A stretch of DNA of 64,000 nt, taken from positions 1,824,001 through 1,888,000 of the forward strand of contig OZ241744.1 in assembly GCA_965200965.1 (NCBI GenBank), written 5' to 3'. Of this stretch, positions 30,728 through 41,410 are shown in pieces. The DNA is from an uncultured Candidatus Binatia bacterium. Lineage in GTDB: Bacteria > Desulfobacterota > Binatia > Bin18. Position numbers and translations under genes: made by a program. The notes beneath the pieces were generated by a model that ran no database searches, was not told the origin of the DNA, and worked only from the letters and a program-made list of their open reading frames with translations. How positions within the stretch are numbered: position 1 is the stretch's first letter; the number at the start of each line of letters is the position of its first letter.

Positions 30728-31551
30728 TCCTTTTCGAGCGGCAGATCTTCCCGATTGCCCCACTCGGCCCACGAGGCATCATAGTTCCGCACCGTGTCAA
30801 AACCGACCAAGCGCAGGCTGAAGAGTCCGTGCGCCGCACGGATCCCCCCCTGTCAATAGGTGATAACTTCTGATTCAGGGGTGATGCCGGCCTCGGCAAA
30901 CATGGCCCGCAGATGGGAGGCCGGCTTGAACTTTTTGGTCTGGCTGTCAACACAGTTCAGCCATTCCAGGTGAACGGCACCGGGGATACGTCCCCCCCGC
31001 TTGGTGCCCCGTGCGTTCTCCCCGGTCCATTCGCCGTCGGAGCGGACATCAAGCAGCACCCGGCCGGGCTGCGCGATCGCGGCCCGGACATACTCCCAGC
31101 GGGCAAGCAACTCCTCGCGCACCCGTGGGCGAAAGCGTGCCGCGGCCCGCCTAGCCGGCGCATTCGTCAGCGGCCATCCCTCGGCTAACCAGGCGTCCCA
31201 GCCGCCGTTGAGAACCGCGGCCTTGGTGTGGCCATAATAATTGAGTGCCCACCACAGACGGGTGGCATACAGGCCACTAAATCCGTCGTAGGCAACCACC
31301 AGGGTATCGTCCCCGATCCCCAGCCCCCCCACGGTCTCGGCAAACTGCTCGGGCCCCATGATGTGCGGCGCGCCCTCTTTTTCTTTGAGATAATGGTGGC
31401 CGCGAAACGTCAGCGCCCCAGGAATATGCGCCCGGCGGTAAGCCTCACGGTTATCACAGTCCACGATACACAGCTTGGCGTCTTGGAGATGCTCGGCCAG
31501 CCAGTCGGTCTCAACCAGCATCTCCGGCCGACTATAGTTCTGGTCTGCCAT
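30724..31551 (-). CDS. Two-domain rhodanese/sulfurtransferase, probable selenoprotein (TGA at 30853-30855 read as Sec)
   Basis: 'HIPGA', 'LNGGW' and 'GRIPGAVHLEW'. The frame continues past TGA as VITY-U-QGGIRAAH...RNYDASWAEWG...EKD* (TAG at 30724). Confidence 0.9.
30820..30852 (-). promoter_or_regulatory. Putative bacterial SECIS hairpin
   Basis: Immediately 3' of the UGA: CAGGGGGGGA-UCCGUGC-GGC-GCACGGA-CUCUUC, a perfect 7-bp stem with a G-initiated loop 17 nt after the UGA. Confidence 0.72.
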
Positions 31552-31783
31552 ACTCCGCTCTCCTTCGTGTTTCTTTTGGAATCGCGTCACAAATCACCAC
31601 CTGCTCGCCGTGCTGTAGCAAGTGGCACTAAATGCCGGCCCAGAAATCCTGTTCCGTGCGTACTCAAAATTGCCATGCTCTTGTCTTCCTGTGGCGTTTC
31701 TGCTCTTTACCATAGCCGGCCCCTGGCCGGCCAGCGGGAGATGTCGTAGACAAGCGGCGTCGGGTGTGAGGGAGGCAGCGCTT

Positions 31784-32656
31784 ATGAAATTCGGTATCGT
31801 TCCCATTAACCTGGGGGAGTTCACTGACCCGCAGATCATGATTCCGTTTGTGCAACAGGCCGAACGGCTCGGCTATGAGTCGATCTGGACGGCCGAGCAT
31901 ATCATTATCCCCAAACAGTATGACTCGGTGTATCCGTATAACCCCAGTGGCAAGGTGCCGTTTCAGCCCGACACCCCGATTATTGACCCGCTGGTTGCCC
32001 TGAGCTTTATCGCCTCAGCGACAACCCGTCTGCGGCTCGGCACCGGGGTCAATATCCTGCCTCAGACCAATCCCCTCTATCTGGCGAAATGGGCCTCCTC
32101 AATCGATCACCTGTCCCAGGGACGCCTGATGCTCGGCCTGGGTGTTGGCTGGCTGCAAGAGGAGTTTGCCGCTCTTGGCGCGCCGTTTGCGCGTCGCGGC
32201 AAACGCGCGGACGAGTACTTGGCCGCCCTGAAAGCCGTCTGGACCGGTCAAGAGGTTGATTTTCAGGGTGAATTTGTGCGCTGGCAGGGCTTTATGATGC
32301 GCCCCGCACCGACCCAGGCCGGCGGTGTGCCGCTGGTCATTGGCGGGGTCAGCCCCCCCGCCATTCGACGCACCGTCCAGTACGGCAACGGCTGGTATGT
32401 GATCGGCAAGGACGTGGAGGAGTACCAGGCACATATACGCGCACTCGACAAAGAATGTCGCCGGCAAAGACGCAATCGGGCCGAGCTTGAAATCACCGCC
32501 TACTGGGACTATTACCGCCAAGGCATTGACAGCCTGCCGGTCTACCAGGAGCTGGGGGTGGACCGCCTGCTGATCAATGTCCATGCCCTGCGCGACACCA
32601 GCGCTGAGGCGGCCTTGGAGCGCTTTGCCGACAAGGTGATCGCGAAGCAGGGCTAA
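31784..32656 (+). CDS. LLM-class (F420-dependent-like) oxidoreductase
   Basis: 'GYESIWTAEH', 'DPLVALSF' and 'DHLSQGRLMLGLGVGW'. Confidence 0.9.
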   Translation: MKFGIVPINLGEFTDPQIMIPFVQQAERLGYESIWTAEHIIIPKQYDSVYPYNPSGKVPFQPDTPIIDPLVALSFIASATTRLRLGTGVNILPQTNPLYLAKWASSIDHLSQGRLMLGLGVGWLQEEFAALGAPFARRGKRADEYLAALKAVWTGQEVDFQGEFVRWQGFMMRPAPTQAGGVPLVIGGVSPPAIRRTVQYGNGWYVIGKDVEEYQAHIRALDKECRRQRRNRAELEITAYWDYYRQGIDSLPVYQELGVDRLLINVHALRDTSAEAALERFADKVIAKQG

Positions 32657-32730
32657 AGGGGCGGTCCGGCCCGCCCGGTTGCGAGCCGGGCCCGAATCTG
32701 CTGGCACCGTCCGCCACAAGAGGACCCGCC

Positions 32731-33981
32731 ATGGCGCGCCAGTTTGACATCCCAGACTTTTATACCAGCCCGATCATCTCACGGGTCAAAAAGGCGCGCC
32801 AGCAGCAAGACCCGCGCAAACAAGACCTGAGCCCCAGCCTGCTTGACTTCGGTCCGGTGCGCTTTATTCTGGCCCGGCACTTCGGGTTTTGCTTTGGCGT
32901 TGAGAATGCGGTGGAGATCGCCTACAAGACGCTGACCGCCCATCCAGACCGGCGCATCTTCTTTCTGAGCGAGATGATCCATAATCCCGACGTGAATCAG
33001 GATTTGCAGGATCGCGGGGTGCGTTTTTTGTTCTCCTCCTCGGGCCGGCAACTGATCGCCTGGGAGGAGCTGACCGCGGACGATATTGTGGTCGTCCCGG
33101 CTTTTGGCACGACGCTCGAAATCCAGACCAGCCTAGCCGCCCAGGGGCTTGACCCCTACACCTACAACACCACCTGTCCGTTCGTCGAACGGGTGTGGAA
33201 GCGCAGTGCGCAACTCGGCACCAAGCACTACACGGTTGTCATACACGGCAAAGCTGCCCACGAGGAAACCCGGGCGACCTTCTCCCATAGCGTCCAGAAT
33301 GCTCCGACTGTGGTTGTCCTGAACCTGCCCGAAGCCCGGCTGCTGGGTGATATCATCCGGGGACATTTCGGACCGGCGACCCGAAACGTCTTTTTCGACC
33401 ACTTTGGCCATAAATGCTCGCCGGGGTTTGACCCCGGCCGACACCTCGAACGGATCGGGGTGGTCAATCAAACCACCATGCTGGCCTCGGAAACACACGA
33501 AATCAGCCAAGTCCTGAGCCAAGCCCTGGCCGACCGCGACGGCCGGGACCGTTTGGCCGAGACCTTTGCCGACACCTCAGATACCCTGTGTTATGCGACC
33601 AACGAAAACCAGAACGCGACCTATGCGCTGATTGAGCACGGTGCCGACCTCGGTCTGGTTGTCGGCGGCTATAACTCCTCCAACACCTCCCATATTGTTG
33701 AACTGTGCCAGGCGGCCATGCCGACCTATTTCATCCAGAACGCCGACGACATTGTGTCCGCGGACACGGCCCGGCACTTTCTGTTGGACACCCACCATAT
33801 CACCCACACCACAGGCTGGCTGCCGGCCAGCCGTCCGCTCGATATCGCCCTGACCTGCGGGGCCTCGTGTCCTGACGCGGTGGTTGACCGGGTGTTGCTG
33901 CGCACCCTGTCTTTCTTTGAGCGCACCTATCCGATCGAGGACGTATTAGGACCCTTTGGACGAGAGCGGAGCGCGCCCTGA
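32731..33981 (+). CDS. ispH: 4-hydroxy-3-methylbut-2-enyl diphosphate reductase
   Basis: 'GFCFGV', 'TCPFV', 'NQTT', 'TLCYAT' and 'GGYNSSNT'. Confidence 0.95.
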   Translation: MARQFDIPDFYTSPIISRVKKARQQQDPRKQDLSPSLLDFGPVRFILARHFGFCFGVENAVEIAYKTLTAHPDRRIFFLSEMIHNPDVNQDLQDRGVRFLFSSSGRQLIAWEELTADDIVVVPAFGTTLEIQTSLAAQGLDPYTYNTTCPFVERVWKRSAQLGTKHYTVVIHGKAAHEETRATFSHSVQNAPTVVVLNLPEARLLGDIIRGHFGPATRNVFFDHFGHKCSPGFDPGRHLERIGVVNQTTMLASETHEISQVLSQALADRDGRDRLAETFADTSDTLCYATNENQNATYALIEHGADLGLVVGGYNSSNTSHIVELCQAAMPTYFIQNADDIVSADTARHFLLDTHHITHTTGWLPASRPLDIALTCGASCPDAVVDRVLLRTLSFFERTYPIEDVLGPFGRERSAP

Positions 33982-33995
33982 GATTGTAAGCTGAT

Positions 33996-35957
33996 GTGAA
34001 AAAGATCACCGTCAACGACCCGGAGTCGCGCTCGGCTGACCTTATTGCCGAGAACCTGCACTATCTGAAGGCCCTGTTTCCCGAGGCATTCACCGAGGGC
34101 AAGCTTGACTTTGCGGTACTCGGGCAGCTTCTCGGCGGAGCGGTGGATGAAGGCGAGGAGAAGTACGGCCTCAACTGGCACGGCAAACGCCGGGCGCGCC
34201 AACTCGCGCTGACGCCTTCCACCGGCACCCTGCGCCCACGCCCAGAGGAAAGCCTTGACTGGGAGAGCACGCAGAATCTGATGATCGAAGGCGACAACCT
34301 TGAAGTGCTCAAACTCTTGCAGAAGAGCTACGCCGGAAAAGTGAAGCTCATCTACATTGACCCGCCCTACAACACAGGCAAGGACTTCATTTACCCGGAC
34401 GATTACCGCGACACCATGCAGAACTACCTGGCACTCACCGGCCAGATTGACGGCGACAACCGCAAGCTCTCCTCCAATATCGAAGCCTCGGGCCGCTTTC
34501 ACACCAACTGGCTGAACATGATGTACCCCCGCCTGAAAAGTGCCCGTAACCTGCTTTCGGATGAGGGTATAATCGCGGTAAGTATTGACGATAATGAATT
34601 CTCCAACGTTCGACATCTTTTGGATGAAATATTCGGAGGAGAAAATCTGATCGGCGAGGTATGTGCGTCGCTGAACCCAAAAGGCCGTCAGTTAGCACAG
34701 TTTTTCGCAACGTCACACGAATATCTGATATTATATGCAAAGCATATCGATCGGTGTGTTCTTAAAGCAAGTTCTACCGACGATATTAAACAATCAGACT
34801 TTCCTCACGAGGACGAACGAGGGTGGTATAGACGCCTCCCTCTCCGAAATACAAACAAGAAATTTACTCCGAATAATCGTCCTAACTTGTATTTCCCATT
34901 GTATGTTAATGAGACAACAGGAGCGGTCTTTTGTGATCCCAGCGCAGAATTGACAGAAGTCTATCCATCCTTCGGTGATGGAACCAACGCTGTATGGCGT
35001 TGGAGCAGAGAGAAGGCCCGTTCGGACTCCGGCAAGCTATGTGGACGACTGATCAAAGGTTATACGGGTAACCGTTGGGATATTGAGCAAAAAGATTATC
35101 TAACTGAAGGCCGAACAAAAAAGATCAAGACTGTCTGGCTTGCAAGCGAGGTCGGGTCTACTGACTCAGCCGTGGCAGAAGTCAAAGAGTTAATTGGGCT
35201 GGCCTTCGACTCCCCAAAGCCAACAGGGTTGCTCAAGCGACTGATCCTAATGATGCCCGAGGACTCAATCATGGTTGACTTTTTCGCGGGATCGGGGACC
35301 ACAGGCCACGCGGTGATGGATCAAAACGCTGCGGACAGTGGCAACCGTCGCTATATTCTTGTTCAGTTCCCCGAACCACTTGATCCAACAAACAAGGACC
35401 AGAAAGCCGCCGCCGACTTTTGCGATACGCTCGGCAAGCCGCGCATTATCGCCGAACTGACCAAAGAACGCCTTCGCCGCGCCGCCTCGAAAATCACAAA
35501 CGACCATCCGTCGTTTGCCGGCGACCGTGGCTTCCGCGTCTTCAAGCTCGATAGCTCCAACCTTCGCGCCTGGGAGCCGGACCGCGATGACCTGGAAAGA
35601 ACCCTGCTTGACAGCGTTGAGCACATCAAACCGGACCGAAGCGAGCAGGATATTCTCTACGAGTTGCTGCTCAAGCTCGGCCTTGACCTGTGCGTCGCCA
35701 TCAAGACCCGGACGATTGCCGGCAAGACCGTGTACACAGTCGATGCCGGTGCGTTGATCGCCTGCCTTGACGAGAGTATCGCCAGGCAGCAAGTCGAACC
35801 CTTGGCCCTCGGCATTATCGGCTGGCATGGCGAACTGTCGTCCGCCGGCGACACGACCGTCATCTTCCGTGACAGCGCCTTTGCAGACGACATAGCCAAA
35901 ACCAACATGGCGGCCATACTGGAGCAGTACGGGTTGGGGAACGTGCGGAGCCTGTAA
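33996..35957 (+). CDS. mod: Type III R-M DNA methyltransferase (Mod)
   Basis: 'IEGDNLEVLKLL', 'YIDPPYNTG' and 'DFFAGSGTTGHAV'; followed by res. Confidence 0.95.
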   Translation: MKKITVNDPESRSADLIAENLHYLKALFPEAFTEGKLDFAVLGQLLGGAVDEGEEKYGLNWHGKRRARQLALTPSTGTLRPRPEESLDWESTQNLMIEGDNLEVLKLLQKSYAGKVKLIYIDPPYNTGKDFIYPDDYRDTMQNYLALTGQIDGDNRKLSSNIEASGRFHTNWLNMMYPRLKSARNLLSDEGIIAVSIDDNEFSNVRHLLDEIFGGENLIGEVCASLNPKGRQLAQFFATSHEYLILYAKHIDRCVLKASSTDDIKQSDFPHEDERGWYRRLPLRNTNKKFTPNNRPNLYFPLYVNETTGAVFCDPSAELTEVYPSFGDGTNAVWRWSREKARSDSGKLCGRLIKGYTGNRWDIEQKDYLTEGRTKKIKTVWLASEVGSTDSAVAEVKELIGLAFDSPKPTGLLKRLILMMPEDSIMVDFFAGSGTTGHAVMDQNAADSGNRRYILVQFPEPLDPTNKDQKAAADFCDTLGKPRIIAELTKERLRRAASKITNDHPSFAGDRGFRVFKLDSSNLRAWEPDRDDLERTLLDSVEHIKPDRSEQDILYELLLKLGLDLCVAIKTRTIAGKTVYTVDAGALIACLDESIARQQVEPLALGIIGWHGELSSAGDTTVIFRDSAFADDIAKTNMAAILEQYGLGNVRSL

Positions 35958-35961
35958 GGCC

Positions 35962-38931
35962 ATGCAACTCCACTTCGAGCCCAACCTTGACTTTCAACTC
36001 CAGGCCATAGAGGCGGTCTGCGATCTGTTTCGGGGCCAGGAGATATGCCGGACCGAGTTCACCGTCACCCGTGGCCCGGTGGGACACCAAGCGCGTCTCG
36101 CTTTTCCCGAAAACGAGCTTGGCGTCGGCAACCGGCTGTCCCTGCCCGATGGTGCAATCCTCACCAACCTGCACGCCGTCCAACTCCGCAACGGCTTGCC
36201 GCCCTCGCCGGCCCTGGACTCCGGCGACTTCACCGTGGAGATGGAGACAGGGACCGGCAAGACCTATGTCTACCTGCGGACGATCTTCGAGCTGAACAGG
36301 CGCTACGGCTTCACCAAGTTCGTCATCGTCGTGCCGTCGGTGGCGATTAGAGAGGGCGTCTATAAATCGCTCCAGATAACGGACGCCCACCTTCGGGCCC
36401 TCTATGCGGGAACGCCCTGTGAGTATTTCCTCTACGACTCGGCCAAACTGGGGCAGGTGCGGAACTTTGCCACCAGCCCACACCTCCAGATCATGGTGGT
36501 GACGGTCGCCGCCATCAACAAGAAGGCCGTCAACACCCTCTACAGGGACAGTGAGAAGACCGGCGGCGAGAAGCCGATTGACCTTATCCGGGCCACCCGG
36601 CCCGTCCTGGTCGTGGACGAGCCGCAGAGCGTAGACGGTGGTCTGGGCGGGCGTGGCAAAGAAGCTCTGGCGGCCATGCAGCCGCTCTGCACCTTACGCT
36701 ACTCGGCGACACACGCCGACAAGCACCACATGGTCTATCGGCTTGACGCCGTGGATGCCTATGAACGCAAGCTGGTGAAGCAGATCGAGGTGGCCTCGGC
36801 TACAGTCGAAGCCGCCCACAACACGCCCTATGTCCGCCTGGTGTCAACAAGGAATCGGCGGGGCACCGTCAGCGCCACGGTCGAGCTTGACCTTGAGGCG
36901 GCTGGAAAAGTCCGCCGCCGGGAAAAAATGGTCCAGGACGGCGACCATCTCGAACACACCACCAGGCGGGCCGTCTATCGTGATTGCCGCATTGGCGAGA
37001 TTCGGGCCGAGAGAGGAAACGAGTTTATCGAACTCCGTGTGCCCGGCGGCGAGCACTACCTCCGCTTGGGAGAAGCCTGGGGGGATGTAGACATCCTCGC
37101 CGTCCAGCGCGAAATGATCCGCCGGACCATCCGCGAGCATCTTGACAAAGAGAAGCATCTGCACCCACAGGGGATCAAGGTGCTCAGCCTGTTCTTCATT
37201 GATGCGGTAGACCGTTACCGCCGGTACAACGAGGAGGGGCAGCCGGTCAGGGGAGACTACGCCCAAATCTTTGAGGAGGAGTATCGGCGGCTGGTCGCTC
37301 ATCCAGACTACCGGCCCCTGATTGAAGACAGCGCTGTTGAGGATGTGCATAAGGGCTACTTCTCCATTGACAAAAAGAGCGGCTGGACCGACACCGCGGA
37401 GAACACCCAGACCAACCGCGACAACGCTGAACGCGCCTACAATCTGATCATGAAAGACAAGGAAAAACTCTTGAGCCTGAATACGCCCCTCAGGTTCATC
37501 TTCTCCCATTCGGCGCTGCGCGAGGGCTGGGACAACCCCAATGTCTTCCAGATCTGCGCGCTGCGCGATATGCGGACCGAGCGAGAGCGGCGGCAGACGA
37601 TTGGTCGCGGCCTGCGCCTGTGCGTCAATCAGCAGGGCGAGCGGGTGCGCGGCTTCGAGGTCAATACGCTCACCGTTGTGGCCACCGAGAGCTATGAGGA
37701 GTTTGCCGAACGCCTGCAACAGGAGCTTGAGACTGACACCGGGCTCCGCTTCGGCGTTCTGGATGTGCATCAGTTTGCTGCCATTCCGGTCGCCGGTCAA
37801 GACGGCCAGACCGCGGCGCTTGGCCGTGCGGCGTCGAAGATGCTTTGGGCCCACCTGAAGGCAGCCGGCCATATTGACGGTCAGGGGAGGATACAAGACT
37901 CCCTCCGCCAGGCGCTCAAGGACGGGACATTCCGCCTTCCCGATCAGTTTGCCGCTCAGCAGGTGCAGGTTACCGACATTCTGCGGAAGCTCGCCGGACG
38001 CCTTGCGATCAAAAATGCCGACGAACGCCGGCCGGTCCGCCCGCGTCAGGCCGTGCTCCACAGCCCAGAGTTCAAAGCATTGTGGGACCGCATCAAGCAC
38101 AAGACCACCTACCGGGTAGTGTTCGATAATGAGAACCTGCTTGCCCGGTGTATCGAGGCATTGCGGGACGCACCGGCGATACCACGGCCCCGGCTCCAGT
38201 GGCGCAAGGCCAACATCGCCATCGGCCAGGCAGGCGTGGAGGCGAACGAGACAAGCGGAGCGGCAAGCGCGGCGCTGGAAGAGGCGGATACCGCTCTACC
38301 CGATGTGCTGACTGAGCTTCAGAACCGGACGCAGCTGACGCGGCGCAGCATTCAGACCATGCTGTGCCAGAGCGGCCGCCTCGAAGACTTCAAGCGCAAT
38401 CCCCAGCAGTTCATTGAGTTGGCTGCCCAGGCCATTAACCGCCGTAAGCAGCAAGCCCTCGTAGACGGCATCAAGTATCAGCGTATCGGGGACGAATGCT
38501 GTTATGCCCAGGAACTCTTTGAGACGGCAGAACTGAGCGGCTATCTGAAGAACCTGCTCAACACCACAAAGTCGGTCTACGAGCAGGTTGTTTATGAATC
38601 GAACACCGAGCGCAGTTTTGCCGACCAGCTTGAGAAGAACAGCGCGGTCAGGGTATACGCCAAGCTCCCCGGATGGTTCACCGTGTCAACACCCCTCGGC
38701 AGCTATAACCCGGACTGGGCAATCGTGATGGCTTCCGAGGAAGGCGAGCGGCTCTACCTTGTGGTCGAGACAAAGAGCAGCCTGTTCAGCAGCGATCTGC
38801 GCAGTATCGAGAACGCCAAAATTGCGTGTGGCAAGGCGCACTTCAACGCCCTCAAGGTGAGGGAGTCGCCGGCCCACTATACGGTGGCGACCGGCGTTGA
38901 CGAACTCCTGGCAAGAATTCAAGCGAACTGA
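35962..38931 (+). CDS. res: Type III R-M restriction subunit (Res)
   Basis: 'METGTGKT', 'VDEPQ', 'LREGWDNPNVFQIC', 'QTIGRGLRL' and 'YNPDW...VVETK'. Confidence 0.95.
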   Translation: MQLHFEPNLDFQLQAIEAVCDLFRGQEICRTEFTVTRGPVGHQARLAFPENELGVGNRLSLPDGAILTNLHAVQLRNGLPPSPALDSGDFTVEMETGTGKTYVYLRTIFELNRRYGFTKFVIVVPSVAIREGVYKSLQITDAHLRALYAGTPCEYFLYDSAKLGQVRNFATSPHLQIMVVTVAAINKKAVNTLYRDSEKTGGEKPIDLIRATRPVLVVDEPQSVDGGLGGRGKEALAAMQPLCTLRYSATHADKHHMVYRLDAVDAYERKLVKQIEVASATVEAAHNTPYVRLVSTRNRRGTVSATVELDLEAAGKVRRREKMVQDGDHLEHTTRRAVYRDCRIGEIRAERGNEFIELRVPGGEHYLRLGEAWGDVDILAVQREMIRRTIREHLDKEKHLHPQGIKVLSLFFIDAVDRYRRYNEEGQPVRGDYAQIFEEEYRRLVAHPDYRPLIEDSAVEDVHKGYFSIDKKSGWTDTAENTQTNRDNAERAYNLIMKDKEKLLSLNTPLRFIFSHSALREGWDNPNVFQICALRDMRTERERRQTIGRGLRLCVNQQGERVRGFEVNTLTVVATESYEEFAERLQQELETDTGLRFGVLDVHQFAAIPVAGQDGQTAALGRAASKMLWAHLKAAGHIDGQGRIQDSLRQALKDGTFRLPDQFAAQQVQVTDILRKLAGRLAIKNADERRPVRPRQAVLHSPEFKALWDRIKHKTTYRVVFDNENLLARCIEALRDAPAIPRPRLQWRKANIAIGQAGVEANETSGAASAALEEADTALPDVLTELQNRTQLTRRSIQTMLCQSGRLEDFKRNPQQFIELAAQAINRRKQQALVDGIKYQRIGDECCYAQELFETAELSGYLKNLLNTTKSVYEQVVYESNTERSFADQLEKNSAVRVYAKLPGWFTVSTPLGSYNPDWAIVMASEEGERLYLVVETKSSLFSSDLRSIENAKIACGKAHFNALKVRESPAHYTVATGVDELLARIQAN

Positions 38932-38956
38932 CCGTAGTCCCAGGCGAGCAGAGACA

Positions 38957-41410
38957 ATGAAACCTGGTGGTGTACAAGCCTTTGTTCTAAGCCTCCTGGC
39001 CACCGTCCTCAGTCTCCCGCTCCCCGCTCCCCGGGCCGAGGAGCACAGCTCCACCGTGCAGGTCCCCGGCCTCAACGAAGCGGTCGAAATCCTTACCGAT
39101 CGCTGGGGCGTCGCTCACATCTACGCGACAAATCAGGACGACCTGTTCTTTGCCCAGGGCTATAACGCCGCCCGTGAGCGTCTTTTTCAGCTCGAAATCT
39201 GGCGTCGTCGGGTGACTGGCACAATGGCCGAGATTCAAGGCCCCAAGGCCCTTGATCGCGACATTGGTGCCCGCCTGCTGCGACCTCGCCTCGACCTGCG
39301 CCTCGAGATGTACCACTATCACCCCCAGGGTGAGCAGATCATCACCGCTTTTGTCAGAGGCCTCAACGCCTACATCGGACACACCCAACGGCAGCCCGAA
39401 CTCCTGCCCGTCGAGTTCCGCCTGCTCGGCATCAGGCCCCAAGCCTGGACCCCGGACATCGTGGTGTCTCGCTTGGGCGGTATTTTTCTGAACCTCCAGA
39501 CCGAACTGCGCATAGCGCGTGTCCTGCCCAGCCTCGGACCGGACACAACGCGCGAGATGTTGAACCTGCACCCCGGCAAGCCCGACCTGAGCGTTGTCGA
39601 GGGCCTTGATCTCAGGGCCATACCGGCCGATGTCGGCACCTACTATACCGCCGCCCGCCAGCGGGTGGAGTTTCAGTCCGAGGACATTGTTATGCCGGCC
39701 GCCCGGGCCACGCTCTCCCCAGCCTCCTCCACAGGCCAGCGTGTGCCGACCGAAGGAGAGGGCAGCAACAACTGGGTCGTTGCCGGCTCCCACACCCTGA
39801 GCCGTCAGCCCTTTATGGTCAACGATCCGCACCGGGCTGTCACCGCCCCGTCGCTCCGCTACTGGGTCCACCTCGTCGCTCCGGGCTGGAATGTGATTGG
39901 CGGCGGTGAGCCGCATCTGCCCGGCGTGTCAATCGGCCACAACGAATACGGGGCCTGGGGGCTGACCATCTTTCCCACCGACGCAGAAGACCTGTATGTG
40001 TACGAGACCAACCCCGACAATCCAAACCAGTACCGCTATCGGGGCGAATGGCACAATATGCGGGCCTACACGGAGACGATCCAGGTCAAAGGCCAAGAGC
40101 CGGTCAGGGTTGAACTGCGCTACACCCGCCACGGCCCTGTCCTGAAGGCCGACCCGGACACCCACCGCGCCTATGGTCTGCGGGCCGCCTGGCTGGAGGT
40201 TGGCGGTGCGCCGTATCTGGCCAGTCTGCGTATGGACCAAGCCAAAAACTGGGAAGAGTTTCGGGAGGCCTGCGCCTATTCCCGCGCGCCCTCGGAAAAT
40301 ATGGTCTGGGCCGATGTGGAGGGAAACATCGGCTGGCAGGCTGTCGGCATTGTTCCCCTGCGGCCGAACTGGAGTGGCCTGTTGCCGGTTCCGGGCGACG
40401 GCCGGTTCGAGTGGGACGGCTATCTGCCGATCACCCAACTGCCGCATGTCTTCAACCCGCCCCAGGGCTTCTGGGCCACCGCCAACCAGGAAAATCTGCC
40501 GCCCGACTACCCCCACCCGATCAGCTATTTCTGGATCGCGCCCTACCGTTTCGCCCGTGCGCAGGAGGTCTTGGGCGGCGGCAGGAACTTCACCACTATG
40601 GACATGATGCGGCTGCAAAACGACGAACTGTCCATTCCCGCCCGAACGCTCGTCCCCCTGCTGAACGGTCTTCGCTCCGACCGACCGCTGGTCCAGCAGG
40701 CTCTGGAAAGACTGCTGGCCTGGGATTATGTCCTGGCCAGAGACTCAGTCGCCGCCGGCATCTACGCGGCTTGGCAGGAGCGGCTGTGGCGGAACTTTCT
40801 TGACCGCCAAGTTCCCCCGGCCCTGCACGAGCACTTTCCCGCTATCGTTCTCCAGCCCGTCATCAACAGTCTGCTGGCCCCAGACAGCCGCTACGGCCAG
40901 GACCCTGCCGCCGGCCGCGACCAGTTCATCCTGCTCAGCCTGGAGCAAGCCGTCCGGAACCTGACCGATCGCTTTGGTCCTGAGCCACGGGCCTGGACCT
41001 ACGGCCAAGCCCAGTATCATCATATCCTGATGCGCCATCCGCTCAGCCGGGCGGTCAACCCCGCATATGCCAAACGCTTTGAGGTCGGTCCCATCGCCCG
41101 GGGCGGGGATGGGTATACGCTCAACAATACCGACAACAATGCCGCCCAACAGACCGGCGCATCCTTTCGGATTATTGCCGACCTGTCAGACTGGGACCGC
41201 TCGCTTGGCATCAATGCGCCCGGCCAGTCCGGCAACCCGGACGACCCGCACTACCGCGATCTGGTCCCGCTGTGGGCGGAGGGCAAATACTTTCCCCTCC
41301 TGTACTCCCGCGACAAAATTGAAGCCGTCAGCCACCGCCGGACCGTGCTGCGCCCAGCGGAAGACGGCCCCCGCGGCGAGGGATCAGGGACGGGTGATGA
41401 GCCGGACTGA
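38957..41410 (+). CDS. Penicillin acylase-family Ntn hydrolase
   Basis: Signal peptide; 'DRWGVAHIYA'; 'GSNNWVV' nucleophile; 'NDPHR'; 'PGQSG'. Confidence 0.93.
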   Translation: MKPGGVQAFVLSLLATVLSLPLPAPRAEEHSSTVQVPGLNEAVEILTDRWGVAHIYATNQDDLFFAQGYNAARERLFQLEIWRRRVTGTMAEIQGPKALDRDIGARLLRPRLDLRLEMYHYHPQGEQIITAFVRGLNAYIGHTQRQPELLPVEFRLLGIRPQAWTPDIVVSRLGGIFLNLQTELRIARVLPSLGPDTTREMLNLHPGKPDLSVVEGLDLRAIPADVGTYYTAARQRVEFQSEDIVMPAARATLSPASSTGQRVPTEGEGSNNWVVAGSHTLSRQPFMVNDPHRAVTAPSLRYWVHLVAPGWNVIGGGEPHLPGVSIGHNEYGAWGLTIFPTDAEDLYVYETNPDNPNQYRYRGEWHNMRAYTETIQVKGQEPVRVELRYTRHGPVLKADPDTHRAYGLRAAWLEVGGAPYLASLRMDQAKNWEEFREACAYSRAPSENMVWADVEGNIGWQAVGIVPLRPNWSGLLPVPGDGRFEWDGYLPITQLPHVFNPPQGFWATANQENLPPDYPHPISYFWIAPYRFARAQEVLGGGRNFTTMDMMRLQNDELSIPARTLVPLLNGLRSDRPLVQQALERLLAWDYVLARDSVAAGIYAAWQERLWRNFLDRQVPPALHEHFPAIVLQPVINSLLAPDSRYGQDPAAGRDQFILLSLEQAVRNLTDRFGPEPRAWTYGQAQYHHILMRHPLSRAVNPAYAKRFEVGPIARGGDGYTLNNTDNNAAQQTGASFRIIADLSDWDRSLGINAPGQSGNPDDPHYRDLVPLWAEGKYFPLLYSRDKIEAVSHRRTVLRPAEDGPRGEGSGTGDEPD

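Noticed and set aside
30853-31590. Sulfurtransferase as a truncated pseudogene
   Set aside because: The stop falls exactly on the catalytic Cys codon, the downstream frame is conserved, and a SECIS-like hairpin follows.
33996-35957. Phase-variable mod (phasevarion)
   Set aside because: No simple-sequence repeat tract visible in or upstream of mod.
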